A program made the position numbers and the translations under genes. The notes below the pieces were generated by a model, which did not search any database, was not told the origin of the DNA, and saw nothing but the letters and a program-made list of their open reading frames with translations. From an uncultured Phycisphaerales bacterium (lineage in GTDB: Bacteria > Planctomycetota > Phycisphaerae > Tepidisphaerales > Tepidisphaeraceae): 64,000 bases of DNA. This document shows positions 9,964 through 21,320 of this stretch, one piece after another. Each line of letters begins with the position of its first letter. Position 1 is the first letter of the stretch. Location: NCBI GenBank assembly GCA_963755915.1, contig CAVWLP010000002.1:1-64000 (forward strand), in the 5' to 3' direction.

Positions 9964-11504
9964 CAAAGTTCCTGGCCCATGTCCAAATCGCGACCCTGTT
10001 CCGTCGTGACATTGTTCACGTCCGTCATGCCGGTGGCCGCATCCCGGTCTGCTTGCTTGCCGATGAACTTCTCGAAGTCGGCAACATCGACTTCATAATC
10101 GCCGCCCTCCGCATGGGTGATTCCCGTGCCGGGCCTCCTGGCCCACGATTCGACTAAGCGCTCTGCTTTGTCCACCCTGTCGCGCGCCTCGTCCGATGTC
10201 GTATCACTGTCCGCGCGGTCAAGAAGGTGGTCGAGATGCTTGGTTGGGGAATAGATCCCATCGTTGGCCTTGGCTTGCTCGACGATCTCCTGCGCAATCT
10301 CTCGGCGCTCCTGCGCCGCCCTGCCAAGCTCCGCCACGTCGCCAATGCTCAAGGATTGATACGCCTCGCCGTCCTGGACGCGCGCATAGCGCATCGTTCC
10401 TGATTCCTCCCGGATGACAACAAAGCGCCGGTCGGTGATCTCATCGACCCGGCCCACGGCAACCACTTCACCGGATATGGCATGGTCAATCGGCTCCCTC
10501 GACACATACATGGACTGGTTCCCCAAGCTGCCGTAAAGCTGCTTGATGATGTCATGGTGCGCGCCCAGTTCCATCAACTGCCGCTTGAAGTCGGGGTCAA
10601 GCTGCCACTTCGTCCCTTGTATCTTCTCGGCCAATTCCATGCTCTCAAGCCATTGCAGGCGCGCAATCACCAGCGGCCTATCCGACCTTCGCCAGCCAAT
10701 CTGCACGTCCGGCGACACGTCGATGACGTGCTTCTCGTCCATGTTGCGCTCGATGGTCCGGTCCAATGATGTGAACCGCTCCGCCTGCACTTCCTTCTCT
10801 CGGGCCTGCTCCATCTCCCTTTCCGTACGTTCGCCAAGCAGGTCCGTCGCCGCCTCGGATGCCCTCTGCCGGATGCCGTAACCAATGTATTCCCGGCGCA
10901 GGATCAGGTCTTGACCCTGCTCGTCCTTTCCCCGGAACAAGATGTGCGCATGCGGATTGTCGGTGTTGTGGTGCTCGATAGCGATCCAATCGAGTTTGGT
11001 GCCAACATCGCGCTCGACACGCTGCATCACATCCCGCACATACGCGCGCATGTCGGCGATGTCATACCCCTTCTCCGGCGACAGGATGAGCCGAAAGTGA
11101 TGCCGATCCTCCTCCCATTCGCGTGTCACGGATCGACCATCCACCTTGTCTTGCTGCGCATCGAAGAACGTCCCGCGCTCCCCATTCTTGCTGGCGCTGT
11201 CGCGGGCAAGGTAGCCGGTATGGCGCGCCAGTCCGCTGCCGCTGCGCCGGGAATGGAACCGAGAAAGCATCTTGACCGTCGCTCGTTGTGCGCGGATTGC
11301 TGCCGAAAGGCATGGTTCCGCGCCCCTGAACCCGCCACGGCACGCGCCATCTGCGCGCATCTTGGTGCGCCAGAACCCGCGCCCGAGCCGCTTAGCGATC
11401 TCCCCGTTGACGCTCCGCTCGCGCCCTCTGCGTCCACCAGTGCGCCCAATGCGATCCGAATCAACGCCGTCTCTTGAATTCGACCGATTTGCACGTTTCG
11501 CCAT
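9963..11504 (-). CDS. MOBP/VirD2-like relaxase (DUF3363-type)
   Basis: HTGYLARD (catalytic Tyr), HHFRLILSPEKG, and WIAIEHHNTDNPHAHILFRG (HUH motif). Confidence 0.9.
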   Translation of the reverse strand: MAKRANRSNSRDGVDSDRIGRTGGRRGRERSVNGEIAKRLGRGFWRTKMRADGACRGGFRGAEPCLSAAIRAQRATVKMLSRFHSRRSGSGLARHTGYLARDSASKNGERGTFFDAQQDKVDGRSVTREWEEDRHHFRLILSPEKGYDIADMRAYVRDVMQRVERDVGTKLDWIAIEHHNTDNPHAHILFRGKDEQGQDLILRREYIGYGIRQRASEAATDLLGERTEREMEQAREKEVQAERFTSLDRTIERNMDEKHVIDVSPDVQIGWRRSDRPLVIARLQWLESMELAEKIQGTKWQLDPDFKRQLMELGAHHDIIKQLYGSLGNQSMYVSREPIDHAISGEVVAVGRVDEITDRRFVVIREESGTMRYARVQDGEAYQSLSIGDVAELGRAAQERREIAQEIVEQAKANDGIYSPTKHLDHLLDRADSDTTSDEARDRVDKAERLVESWARRPGTGITHAEGGDYEVDVADFEKFIGKQADRDAATGMTDVNNVTTEQGRDLDMGQEL

Positions 11505-11631
11505 GACACCGCTCCTGAAGTTGAAGATCAGCAGTCACTTACGCATCCAACGCTTACGTTCCACCTTGCCAAAATACCCTGAATTCGCCGTAAGTGGTTG
11601 CATCTGCTACGGATACAAAACACCTGAATCA

Positions 11632-11645
11632 CCCCTTTATCTTGC
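11632..11645 (+). other. Candidate oriT nick site
   Basis: CCCCTTTATCTTGC contains the MOBP-type consensus YATCYTG^Y, ~130 bp upstream of the relaxase start. Confidence 0.55.
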
Positions 11646-12009
11646 ATTCCAATTTCATTATTTAACTCATACATCTCAAAACCATTGTCATAGCCACAGT
11701 CGATTATACCAAACAGATACCGAACTTCAAGTTTGCATCTTCCGCTTGGCATTCTCAACTGGGAAATGGTCTGAAAAGGCCAACTATTGGCTCGCCTGTC
11801 CGTCCGCAAAGATGTGCGCAATTGGCGCGGCGGTGACGTGCTGGTAAGCCAGTGCGAGCTTCGAGAAGGACGCGGAGAATATCAACAGGCGAGCCAACGG
11901 CATGCTAAATCCGATGCCTGGAATATACGAGCCAGGGGTCCTAATCAAAGCTGAGAAGCGTGGCGATAAGCATCTTTGAAGGCCCCACCGACCCAACCGC
12001 AGCGATTCT

Positions 12010-14461
12010 GTGACTCGCGACGCTGCAAAATTGCCTGCTCCCTCGCCTCCAAAGTGCTATAATTCTCCCGTGCGAAGATCCGGCGTCCATCGCTCAATAA
12101 TCTCTACAGCAATCCTCTTCCTCGCCTGTCGAGCCTGGAGCGAGCCTGTGACAGTTCAAATTATCGATACCGAGGGTAAGCCGATTCCCGCCGCAACGGT
12201 TGCAAAATTGAACGGCGTGGCGGTCGTCGAGTCCTGGATATTGGATACGCGCCCCGTTGCCCTCGGAGTCACGGACGCCCACGGCGAAATCCGACTCGGA
12301 TGCGATCCGTCCCGGCGTTCGGCATTTCTCGCCCAGGCGTCTGGCAAAGCTCCGAGGTTATTCGGATTCTGGGGATGTGTTCCGCCGGAATATCGGCTCA
12401 CGCTCCAGCAGTCCAGGGGGACGTTTAGCGGTCGAATCATGGATGCCGGAGGCAAGGCTCAGGCGAATGCTTGGTTGCGAATTCGGGTGGTCAGGTACGA
12501 ATTACTCCTGCCGGTGCGCCCTTTCGTCGCGGATTATCCGGCCATCAGCTATGACCTGAGCGCCCGCACCGACGCCGATGGGCGATTCAATCTGCCTGCT
12601 CCGCTGGAAGGATCGGTGGAGAGCGTCGACGTTAAGCAGAACGGCATCTGGCATTCGACAACCCAACCCGGCTTGGACGCAGCTTCCGAAGCACTCAAGG
12701 ATGGAAGTTTTGTGGGCCGCACGGACCCCGCCGCGATCGAGGCTTCGGTGCCACCCGTGGCCATGCCAACGACCATGCCGACGTTGGCGATTCACTTGCG
12801 CGTCTTTGATGCGTCCACGAATCGCCCGATAGAAAATATCCGCGTCATTCCGGGCGGCTGCAGTTTTCCCGATCAACTCTTCCACACGCTGTGGCCGTAT
12901 CGATTGGCGTCTCCATGGAAATGAGGTGACGTGGACCTTTTACGATAATGCCTGGGCCTATTTCTTGCGCGTTGAGGCGGATGGTTATGCCGCGGCGCCG
13001 ACCAGAATCGTCAAGGCGTCCGAAAAAGATGTTGATGTAGAACTGTGGCTCGTCAGGCCAAGCTTACATACCGTTGCCGTACGCACGCCATCGGGCCATC
13101 CGGCGGTCGGGGCCAAAGCATACCTTTCAACTCCGACGATCGTTCTGAATGTTCCGATGCTCGACCCGAAATGGGACGATGACCAGCCCATTGGAGTAGC
13201 AGCGGACGATGGGGTCATTCACTTTGTCCCACCGAATGAACCGTATAGACTGGCGATCGAGCACGTCGAAGGTTCGGCAGAGGTCTCCTGCACTGATTTG
13301 AGCGATAAGCCGGTGGTCCTCGATGCCTGGGCAAGCGCGAACATTCAACTTGGCTCGGTCAGGCGCCCTCTGGGTGCGCGGACATCGAGCCTCAGTCTTG
13401 TTACAGCAAATTACTGGGGTGCCCGATTGACTGGGCGGGCTCCTACTTTAGCGATGCCAATGGCTTCCTGAAAATTTTCACTTGGCGACCTGGTAGATTC
13501 TTTACTTCAATAGATCTTCCAGACGCCACGGCGGCAGTGGCCGGTTGGAAGCACCTGCAATTGTCGCGACTTTTGAAGTCGGGCGAGCACGTTGATTTGA
13601 AGGTGATGACTGGCGTGACGACGGTGCAGGCGTACCTGCCGGATTTGCCAGGATACAAATGGTCATGGCTGTCGATCGTCCCCGCCGGCCCCGCGGCGGA
13701 ACTGCCACCCGATGTCAACCGCCTGAGCGGCAAAGCCCAGGATGCCGCAGTCGATAAAGCCCAGGCACTGTGCCGGACCCGCAGGCGGAGGAAGATGCCA
13801 TCAATGAAATGCGTTTGCCGATACGCGGTAGTGGCTGCGTATCCGTCGCCGGGCTGGGGCCCGGAACATACGTTCTCGAAGGGTATGTACAAGCGTGTTC
13901 TGATCATCATCAGGCCGACTACAGATTGAATTGGTATTTCTCCGTGCCGGCATCGGCTCCTGCGGTGGTCGATCTTGGGACGGTCTCGCTCGTGCCCTCC
14001 GATCCCAGCGCGCTTAGAGTTGGACAATTGACTCCCGATCTTGTCGCGACGACTCTTGACGGCCAGCGATTCTCGCTGAAACGTCTGCGAGGAAAATGGG
14101 TCTTGCTCGATTTTGGGGGACCTGGTGCGGATTCTGCGTCGGGGAGGAGCCAACTTTGAAGGACGCCTACGAAGGTTGGTCGCGCGATGGCAGGCTGGCG
14201 ATGATCTCCGCATCGGTGGGCGACACCGCCGAGGAGGTCCGCCGCCACGTCGCTGAGAGCAAGCTGGCCTGGACGCAACTGGTCCTCGGTCCGCACGAGA
14301 AAACGAACATACCGGAGCTGTTTGCTGTAGACGGGTACCCATGCATCATGCTGATCTCGCCAAAGGGTGAGCTGATTGAAACGAGGTTACGTGGAGAATC
14401 AGTACGCGAGGCCTTGATGAAATACCTCGGTCCACCGTCGCCACCTGGGAATTTGCCGTGA
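12010..14461 (+). CDS. Exported multidomain protein with carboxypeptidase-regulatory-like repeats and a C-terminal TlpA/redoxin domain (several frameshifts)
   Basis: Signal-like N-terminus; D.eGKPIpgA.V and TDADGRF repeats; LRGKWVLLDF/WGTWCGFC (CxxC) and GYPCIMLISPKG. Confidence 0.75.
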
Positions 14462-14584
14462 GTGATGCACTTGCCGACCTCTCAACACCTCTACGAGAGG
14501 GATTTCGTTGCTGACAGTCTTCCGGCAACAGTCTCCCAAGTTGAATAGTCGGTGTCGTTGGGGCGTTGATTAGCAACGGCAGGA

Positions 14585-15641
14585 CTAAAAACCGACCGGA
14601 TCGGAAATCGGGCTGGAACTGTGAACTTGCCGAAGAACATCCTTGGTGGTCATCGCCTCGCCATGGCCATCCGCAAACACCACATTCCCACCGAATGTCG
14701 ATCGAGTATTGCCAAGAATAAAATCGCTTTGCACGCGGTGACGAACCGCGAGCAACTCCGCTGTCGAGTTTTGCGACAGATATTCGATGGGATTTGGATT
14801 GAATAATCCATTGTGAATCGTGGATTCGTCTTCGTCTAATAACAATTCCACCTGCGATGCTGGGCGAATAGAGGAAATCTTCCCATTGTAATTATACCCA
14901 AATCTCTCATTATTGCCAAACAACGGCACGGTATAGCCTGGAGGCATTGATACGCCAATCGGCAAATTGCTATTATTTTTGTATCTATTGTTGTTCCAAG
15001 GCGGCAAATTGCGTCGGCGGTAACTTTCTCCCCGTAGCTTCGTCGTAGGAAGATGCGTACACAAGCGTCACGTAAATGTTAATCGAGTAGCTATAACGAT
15101 AGGCACCCTTTCCGGTTGGGTCAGTTGCCGGTCGATCCCACAAATTGTCCGAAGGGCAACGAAGTACGCTTGCAAGCATATCCGATTGGCTACTCAGGAA
15201 TGGTGCAATTGCAGAATCACTCAACGATTGAGCATATACCTGCGTACTACTAAATGAAGGCAATGTTACGCTTGCCGGATCAACGACGTTCGGATTTAAC
15301 ATTCCGCTAATTGGATCATGTTGCGCGTGCCAAGCAATCCAATCGAACGACGATTTGGCGTAAGACCCATCAATTGCCTCATATTCATTCGATCCACCAG
15401 CAGGCAATTGTCCACCGTTGTTCTGAGCATATTGAAATATCCCAAGAACAATCTGCCGCATGTTGTTAAGACAGACAGCGGCATTCGCCGACTCCCTAGC
15501 CCTCGACAATGACGGCAACAGCACTGATAATAATATGCCAATGATCCCGATTGACACCAATAGCTCGACTAACGTAAATCCAACGCCTCGCGATTGCGTC
15601 GAACGGCCGTCACAGCGAAGTTCAGGCAATTCAAGATTCAT
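14585..15641 (-). CDS. Prepilin-type N-terminal cleavage / DUF1559-like pseudopilin with H-X9-DG-type C-terminus (frameshift near 15050)
   Basis: GFTLVELLVSIGIIGILLSVLLPSLSRARESA...CLNNMRQI, LRCPSD, YSYSIN, GNVVFADGH. Confidence 0.9.
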
Positions 15642-15839
15642 GCGATTACGCTGCCCCTTGTCGAATGCTAATAATACACCATCATTCAATAATACAATAG
15701 AAGCATCTAGCCAACTTAAACGACTCTGGCGAGGATAATGAGATATCCTCACACGCGCCACTTACAGTAAGCGAATCAGTGGCCTGTCTCGCACAAACAT
15801 GGTTAATCGTGACTCTGCACACCTCATCAGTAACGGGCC

Positions 15840-16633
15840 TCAACCGCCACGGCCTGCTTCATCCGCTTTATCCGGCTGTGTCGCATGCGCGACCGTGGGG
15901 TAAAATTCGCCGCCATACGACTTACTCTCAGCTGGCCGCTCGGCGGGCGCATCCAGCGCAGCCGCACCCAATTTCCGAATCTGATTGAGCGCGGCTGATA
16001 CTGATGCTCCATCGGCGCCGGTGCAGCATTGGTTGAAGTTTGACTATTACAATCATTTGATGTAGATGCATTTCCGATCTCCTGGGGTGGAGAGTTCTTT
16101 TTGAGCAACTCAATACGACCGTATCGCGAAGCCCGGATCACTCTTGCCATACCGGGCCAAGCACCCCCGATCGATACAATTCCAAGGGCTATGGCGATTC
16201 CGTAGGTCGCAATGGTACCGTCCCACCACGCATAGGAATATTTAACCAGCGGATGCTTTACGCTCAAACTATCCATAAATGACACTACACTTAGCTCGTA
16301 GCCTTTCGCCGACACCTTAAACATTATGGGTTGATAGATTCGGGGGACATCACATACAAACGGATCATAGCGTACATCCATAACTTTTATGCCTGGGACT
16401 GTCCTGCGCTTGCCGGTAATTTCATAACCACTAACCGTCGGCCGTATCGTAATGTCGCACAAAACAGGGTTTCCATCCAATGCGGTCGCAGTTACCCTAG
16501 ACTCGAATTCTTGCTCACTCATCTGCCGAGCCGGTTGATCACTCGACAGCAATTTAACATAGGCCAGCCAAACTCTCAGCGCCAAACCTAACATGGCCCA
16601 TTTCCAGCGACTCGCGGTTTCAAGATAAGCCAT
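15840..16633 (-). CDS. Hypothetical membrane protein (C-terminus probably frameshifted, ending KSYGGEFYPTVAH...)
   Basis: Two hydrophobic segments; co-oriented within the cluster. Confidence 0.6.
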
Positions 16634-16758
16634 ACTGTTCACCAGAAATCTTAGTCACTGCGTTCACTATCTTCCCTCAATGCCGCCCAATCATAGCTAC
16701 GATCGAAGTCGACCCTTTCGCAAATCTCCCACGTACTATTCCCACTTTGATATAAACC

Positions 16759-17710
16759 TCAATTCGCAACATCGATGGCACGCTCTTTCCATCTATCCTT
16801 TGAGTTAAGAGCCTCGGAAAGCCAGGAGTAAAAATGAGACCCCGACTTCTGAGCATCCCTCCACGTCGCGACCGCCTCTGTCACCTTCGTGATTTGTTCT
16901 GCACTTCCTTCATCACGGACGACTGAAAGCAGCATCCAACAATAGATGCTAAAATCATTTTGAAACTCTTCGGCGCCCGATGTTCCCCCATATAAGTCTC
17001 TCAAAGCACCGAGGGCATTGGTGACGTATTCATCCTGAACCGGCTTTCCATCCTTGACGAGCGTATCTAACCATTCGATGAAACTGGAAAAGGTTGGGGA
17101 ATAAAAACTTCCGATGTTTTTCCGCTCGCCAACGGAAATTGTCTGTAACTCGTTAATTTGTTGATCGCTCAAATCAGCGAGGGTTGCGAGTTGGCTATCT
17201 GCCACGATATCTTCTAGGGTCGAGATGCCATCGGGGCCGCCGTCCTCTGCCGCCAAGAGAATGGCACCCCTGGCATGGAGATGAGCCATGGAAACAGCGC
17301 CTGACTTGGCGAGCACTTTTGCGCAGAAAGAGCAAGCTTGATATTGACGCCACATCTCGCGTTGAATGCATGGGCCAACCTATATCAAGGGAGCTATCAG
17401 AAGTTACCCGCAATTTGGAGAGAATCCACTTTCGCAGGGATCCTGGCACAAATCCTTGATTTAGCCCTATGGCCAAATGTTGTAACGCACCTTCGTAATC
17501 CGAGTCACCGAAGGTTAAACTGCGGTAAACTGAAATCATATAAGGTCGCAAATCCGTAAACGAGCGGGGCACTTGAAGCACATTTTGGACTGTCTCGCCA
17601 CAACCAATTTTCTCTCTTGATGCGTCATCCGCCCCAGCAGGTTGATTTAGAGCAAGCGCAAACATCAACATCAGCGAGAGCACCGAAATTTGCGACAACC
17701 GCTTCTCCAT
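16759..17710 (-). CDS. Hypothetical exported protein (frameshift near 17350)
   Basis: Signal peptide MEKRLSQISVLSLMLMFALALNQPAGA; ORFs 17195..17767 and 16759..17355 overlap. Confidence 0.6.
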
Positions 17711-17821
17711 ATTGCCTTCATCTCGGTTCACCGGCGGCGAATTACGTTTTTGTCGCACCGTGCTCATGCCGACGATCAGTCGTTTGCTGACCCACCGATG
17801 ATGCTGCGCTGGTAGTGCACA

Positions 17822-18364
17822 TCAAGAGGATGCGCTTTCACGTTGTTTTAACGCTTTCCGGTTCTTTTCGACGTTGGAATGACCGTGAACGACTATGCTT
17901 ATAATCGCAATGGAGAGTAATATAATCGCGCGAACGAGGGTAAACCACCCGATGCTTTGCTTTCCGATTCCGAAGCAGCCACAGTAAATATCCAGGTGGC
18001 GCAAGATCGCGGACGTGATAGCAAAAACAAATGCAGTTGAAAGACAAGTAGCCAGCACACTTGCCCCAGCAACCAAGGCGTCCGCAAGAAAACAAATCGC
18101 TATTATCACTTCGAGCCAAGGCAGGATTATCGCGATCAGCAGTGACAATCGCGGACCGGTCAATTGAAATCGGTATATGTCCTCGAGAAATCCAAAAGGC
18201 TCGAGCAACTTTGAGATCCCGCTAAGCAAGAAAACTCCCCCTAAAAACATCCGCAGCACGAGATTGGCCGCCTCCCGCAAGCGATTCGCTTGGGATTGCC
18301 CAGCGGGCGAATCACTTCCCATTTCAGAGACTAATCCGTAGCCGGATGAATTAGTCAGATTCAT
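17822..18364 (-). CDS. MauE/DoxX-family membrane protein
   Basis: LRMFLGGVFLLSGISKL, LPWLEV and the CGCFG motif; four TM segments. Confidence 0.9.
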   Translation of the reverse strand: MNLTNSSGYGLVSEMGSDSPAGQSQANRLREAANLVLRMFLGGVFLLSGISKLLEPFGFLEDIYRFQLTGPRLSLLIAIILPWLEVIIAICFLADALVAGASVLATCLSTAFVFAITSAILRHLDIYCGCFGIGKQSIGWFTLVRAIILLSIAIISIVVHGHSNVEKNRKALKQRESASS

Positions 18365-19460
18365 TTTTATTGTCTCTCCATTCTTGCCATCCCCCCGCGT
18401 ATATTCTGACGTCCTTGAAGCCTGCAGTCACGAATGCGGACGCAACGGATTTGCTAAAAGGACAGGTTGAACTCTGACAATAGACAACTATAGTTGACGT
18501 CACACTGGCGCCCCCCCTTTTAATGGCATCTACTCGAGCGTCATCGGAATAGTCAACAGGAATATTGATGGCTCCCGTGATATGGCCTAACGCGAAATCA
18601 TCGCTATGTCTTGCGTCTACAAAGATACAGTTCCCTTCCCGAAGGAGTCTCCTCGCTCCACTCAAGTTCGGCTGTGCCAGATCGTCGACGAAAAACGCCT
18701 TCGCCACCTGATCCGCAATCGGCTTTGAAGCCAGGAGCCCACCTACATGAAGGCTATGATATGTAACCGCCACGACTATCGACGCACAAATGACACAAAA
18801 GGCCTGGAGTTGAATCGATGGGTTGATTTGCCATCTCGTTTCTCTAGTCGCGTACTTAATTAGGAGGATCATGCATAAAGCAAGACAAACGGCTCCCGCC
18901 ACAGTGACTTTCATGCGCAACAGCAATCCGTCCGCATTGATTGGAGTCGAGGAGATGACTATACCATTTCCATCCCAGTAAGGAATGAAGTCATTAAACT
19001 TAATCGTCCTGAACGTATGTGGCGGATCAAATAAATCAATTTGGTCATTTCTGGTGCGAAGACAAAGCACGTAATGATTAAAATCCATTTCGGCCGGCCG
19101 AGACGCCACGTGAAGGATGACTGGATATTTGCAGTTACGCAGGAATTCCGCAGTTAAGTTACTGGCGGTGAGGGCGTATAAGCCGTGGTCCGCAGCAGCT
19201 TCCTTAATATCTTCCATCGAAGCTCCGTGATCATCTGGAATATATTTAGGAGTGAGCAGGTCTGCAAAGGGAATTTCCACGCCTTCTCGCAATCCTGCCG
19301 CGTAAAGGCAAAATATACCGCAGTACGGGGCATAGTCACGCACGCGGAATAGCTCCGCATCATCTGATGCTACTGCTTGATTCCTACCGCCGAACAGAAT
19401 TGCAACAATGGCGGCAACTCGGCCCATAGCTCCCAATGCATGAATTCGATGATACCCCAT
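18351..19460 (-). CDS. Peptidase C39-like domain + two TM helices + rhodanese domain fusion
   Basis: PYCGIFCLY (catalytic Cys), GASMEDI, PVILH, HYVL...LFDPP, YWDG; then FVDAR...GHITGAINIP...VVYCQSSTCPFS...YAGGWQEW. Confidence 0.85.
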   Translation of the reverse strand: MGYHRIHALGAMGRVAAIVAILFGGRNQAVASDDAELFRVRDYAPYCGIFCLYAAGLREGVEIPFADLLTPKYIPDDHGASMEDIKEAAADHGLYALTASNLTAEFLRNCKYPVILHVASRPAEMDFNHYVLCLRTRNDQIDLFDPPHTFRTIKFNDFIPYWDGNGIVISSTPINADGLLLRMKVTVAGAVCLALCMILLIKYATRETRWQINPSIQLQAFCVICASIVVAVTYHSLHVGGLLASKPIADQVAKAFFVDDLAQPNLSGARRLLREGNCIFVDARHSDDFALGHITGAINIPVDYSDDARVDAIKRGGASVTSTIVVYCQSSTCPFSKSVASAFVTAGFKDVRIYAGGWQEWRDNKNESD

Positions 19461-19471
19461 GGGTTTTCCCT

Positions 19472-20773
19472 TCAAATTCGCGTCCCGTTTCGGCTCCGGA
19501 GCGACTTTGTAAAAAGAGCGATTGCGACCAAAAGCCCGCACCCAAGAAGGATGCAAATCATAGTGACGTAGGGATTTGTCGATCGGAAAACAGGGCTAAT
19601 CACTACTGGCTCTGCCAATGCGTGGCCATTCTGCTGCACCGTCGTAGCGATATTTGCGATTGAACTTGGAGAGGGCTCATGCGCGGTCGGCGGCGGCAAT
19701 TTCTCCGCCGAAGAATCTGATCCTATATCAGAATGGTAGATTTCAGCCTTTATTTGGTCCAGAACGGCGGGATCCATGTACGGAACGGCCTTGCCTTGCT
19801 TCCATATATAGTTAATAGTCCGCGTTTTGGCATCCTCCATAATGACTCTGCTGCCTTCCGCCGCGTCCGAAGGCGCGAATATATTCGGGTTGGCCGCGAA
19901 GTCAGGGTTCAGCTCTATCGAGTTTCGGTGCGCAACAATCTTCTGATCAAGCAAATAGTCGCCGTACTTGCTGTGACTCTCGTAACGACCTTGTAACATC
20001 ACCGCGTTGCTGCCGGTGGTCCCAAATGTCACACTGTCTAAAGTGAACCCCACATAACTATCTGGTGTGCGAGAGAAATCCGGTTCGAGCGTGCCCTTTG
20101 CTGGCAAATAGCCGTTCGATGGAGACAGCCAAAGCGACAGCTTACCCCAGGTTGTATTCGTGGTGACCAAACAGCATTGAACTCCATCTACCGTTTGAAA
20201 CTTTGGGTCAATTCGGGAGGATCCCCCCCGTATCATTTTGACTAGAGTTGTGCCGGTGCCATTCCCCAGATCAACGTATCCGTCAAGATAGGCGCCAGTG
20301 CGTGCCGCTAGCACCACCTCGTCTCGGAACTCGGCAAAATGTGCCTGGTCAGTGTGAATTTGAATCTCTTTGACCGCGCTATTAAAATAAAACCAATCGC
20401 TTCCCGAGAGAATCTTTTCTTCAGTATGTGGCGGCAACACAACCCCGTTTGCCGAATATTGGTGAAAATCGAATTTGAGGTGAAATCGGCCGTCGGCCGC
20501 CATGTACCGTTCAACAGTAGCTTCCGTCACATCCTTTACAGGCCTGGTCCCAGGATATGCAATATCAGACTGAACTTCTAGCTTTGAAGCCGAGTTAGCC
20601 ATGAGGGAAAATGACTGCTCCATCTGGTTGATTGCGGCATCGAGCGACGGAAACGTCTGCCCAAATGTATATTTGCAAAAGATCAAACACCCTGAGACAG
20701 CGACAGCTATCACTACATGCCTCGGAATAATTGGGCGCAAACCGAATCGTTTTGATCCGTTCTGCGTGGCCAT
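19472..20773 (-). CDS. Hypothetical exported, C-terminally membrane-anchored protein (LolA/sorting-like pattern)
   Basis: N-terminal hydrophobic segment, VDGVQCCLV...LWLSPSNGYLP, C-terminal TM helix with basic tail. Confidence 0.65.
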   Translation of the reverse strand: MATQNGSKRFGLRPIIPRHVVIAVAVSGCLIFCKYTFGQTFPSLDAAINQMEQSFSLMANSASKLEVQSDIAYPGTRPVKDVTEATVERYMAADGRFHLKFDFHQYSANGVVLPPHTEEKILSGSDWFYFNSAVKEIQIHTDQAHFAEFRDEVVLAARTGAYLDGYVDLGNGTGTTLVKMIRGGSSRIDPKFQTVDGVQCCLVTTNTTWGKLSLWLSPSNGYLPAKGTLEPDFSRTPDSYVGFTLDSVTFGTTGSNAVMLQGRYESHSKYGDYLLDQKIVAHRNSIELNPDFAANPNIFAPSDAAEGSRVIMEDAKTRTINYIWKQGKAVPYMDPAVLDQIKAEIYHSDIGSDSSAEKLPPPTAHEPSPSSIANIATTVQQNGHALAEPVVISPVFRSTNPYVTMICILLGCGLLVAIALFTKSLRSRNGTRI

Positions 20774-21320
20774 CCTAAAAATATCGCGTATGATCAAGTC
20801 TACTCCGATTGTTATGAAGTTAGCCGTCGACAAGAATTCTAAGGCCGTTGGAATTAGCCTCCTCTTCCATCAATCAAGACAACAAGTCGGCTACATTTCG
20901 GAGACAAGTGCCAGCGCATGGGCTAAAATCGCGAGGTCGTTCTTGTACTTTAAAACCATGCGCTGGCACATTTGCCGAAATACATGCCTGTCTCTGGTAT
21001 CAGCAATTTCTCCTCTGACTATCAACTGGAGCATCGCGAAGATCAATAGTCCCAATTCTGCTGCTGATACTGTGCATAGTTGCCAGCCAGAGATGGCTTC
21101 GCTCTGGCATCAATTTGAGGACTACCCCTGGCACGAATAGCCCTGTGCTTCAGTTTGACAGCCGGGGCAACTTTGACTGCCAGCTCCTTCGCTCTGACAG
21201 GTCTTGCCGTTTCCACTCTTGTCATTGCTGCACGCACCTACTGTCATGTTTTCGCAGCCTGTGCCACAATTTCCACTACTATTAGTACAGCCTGTATTAC
21301 CACCAGCACCGCCGCGAACA

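Noticed and set aside
17822-18364. Methylamine dehydrogenase (mau) operon
   Set aside because: No mauB or mauG is present, and the peptide lacks the Trp residues needed for TTQ.
21122-21320. Lanthipeptide or ranthipeptide assignment for the Cys/Ser/Thr-rich core
   Set aside because: No LanB/C/M or radical SAM gene is in the element; the even Cys count and redox partners favour disulfides.
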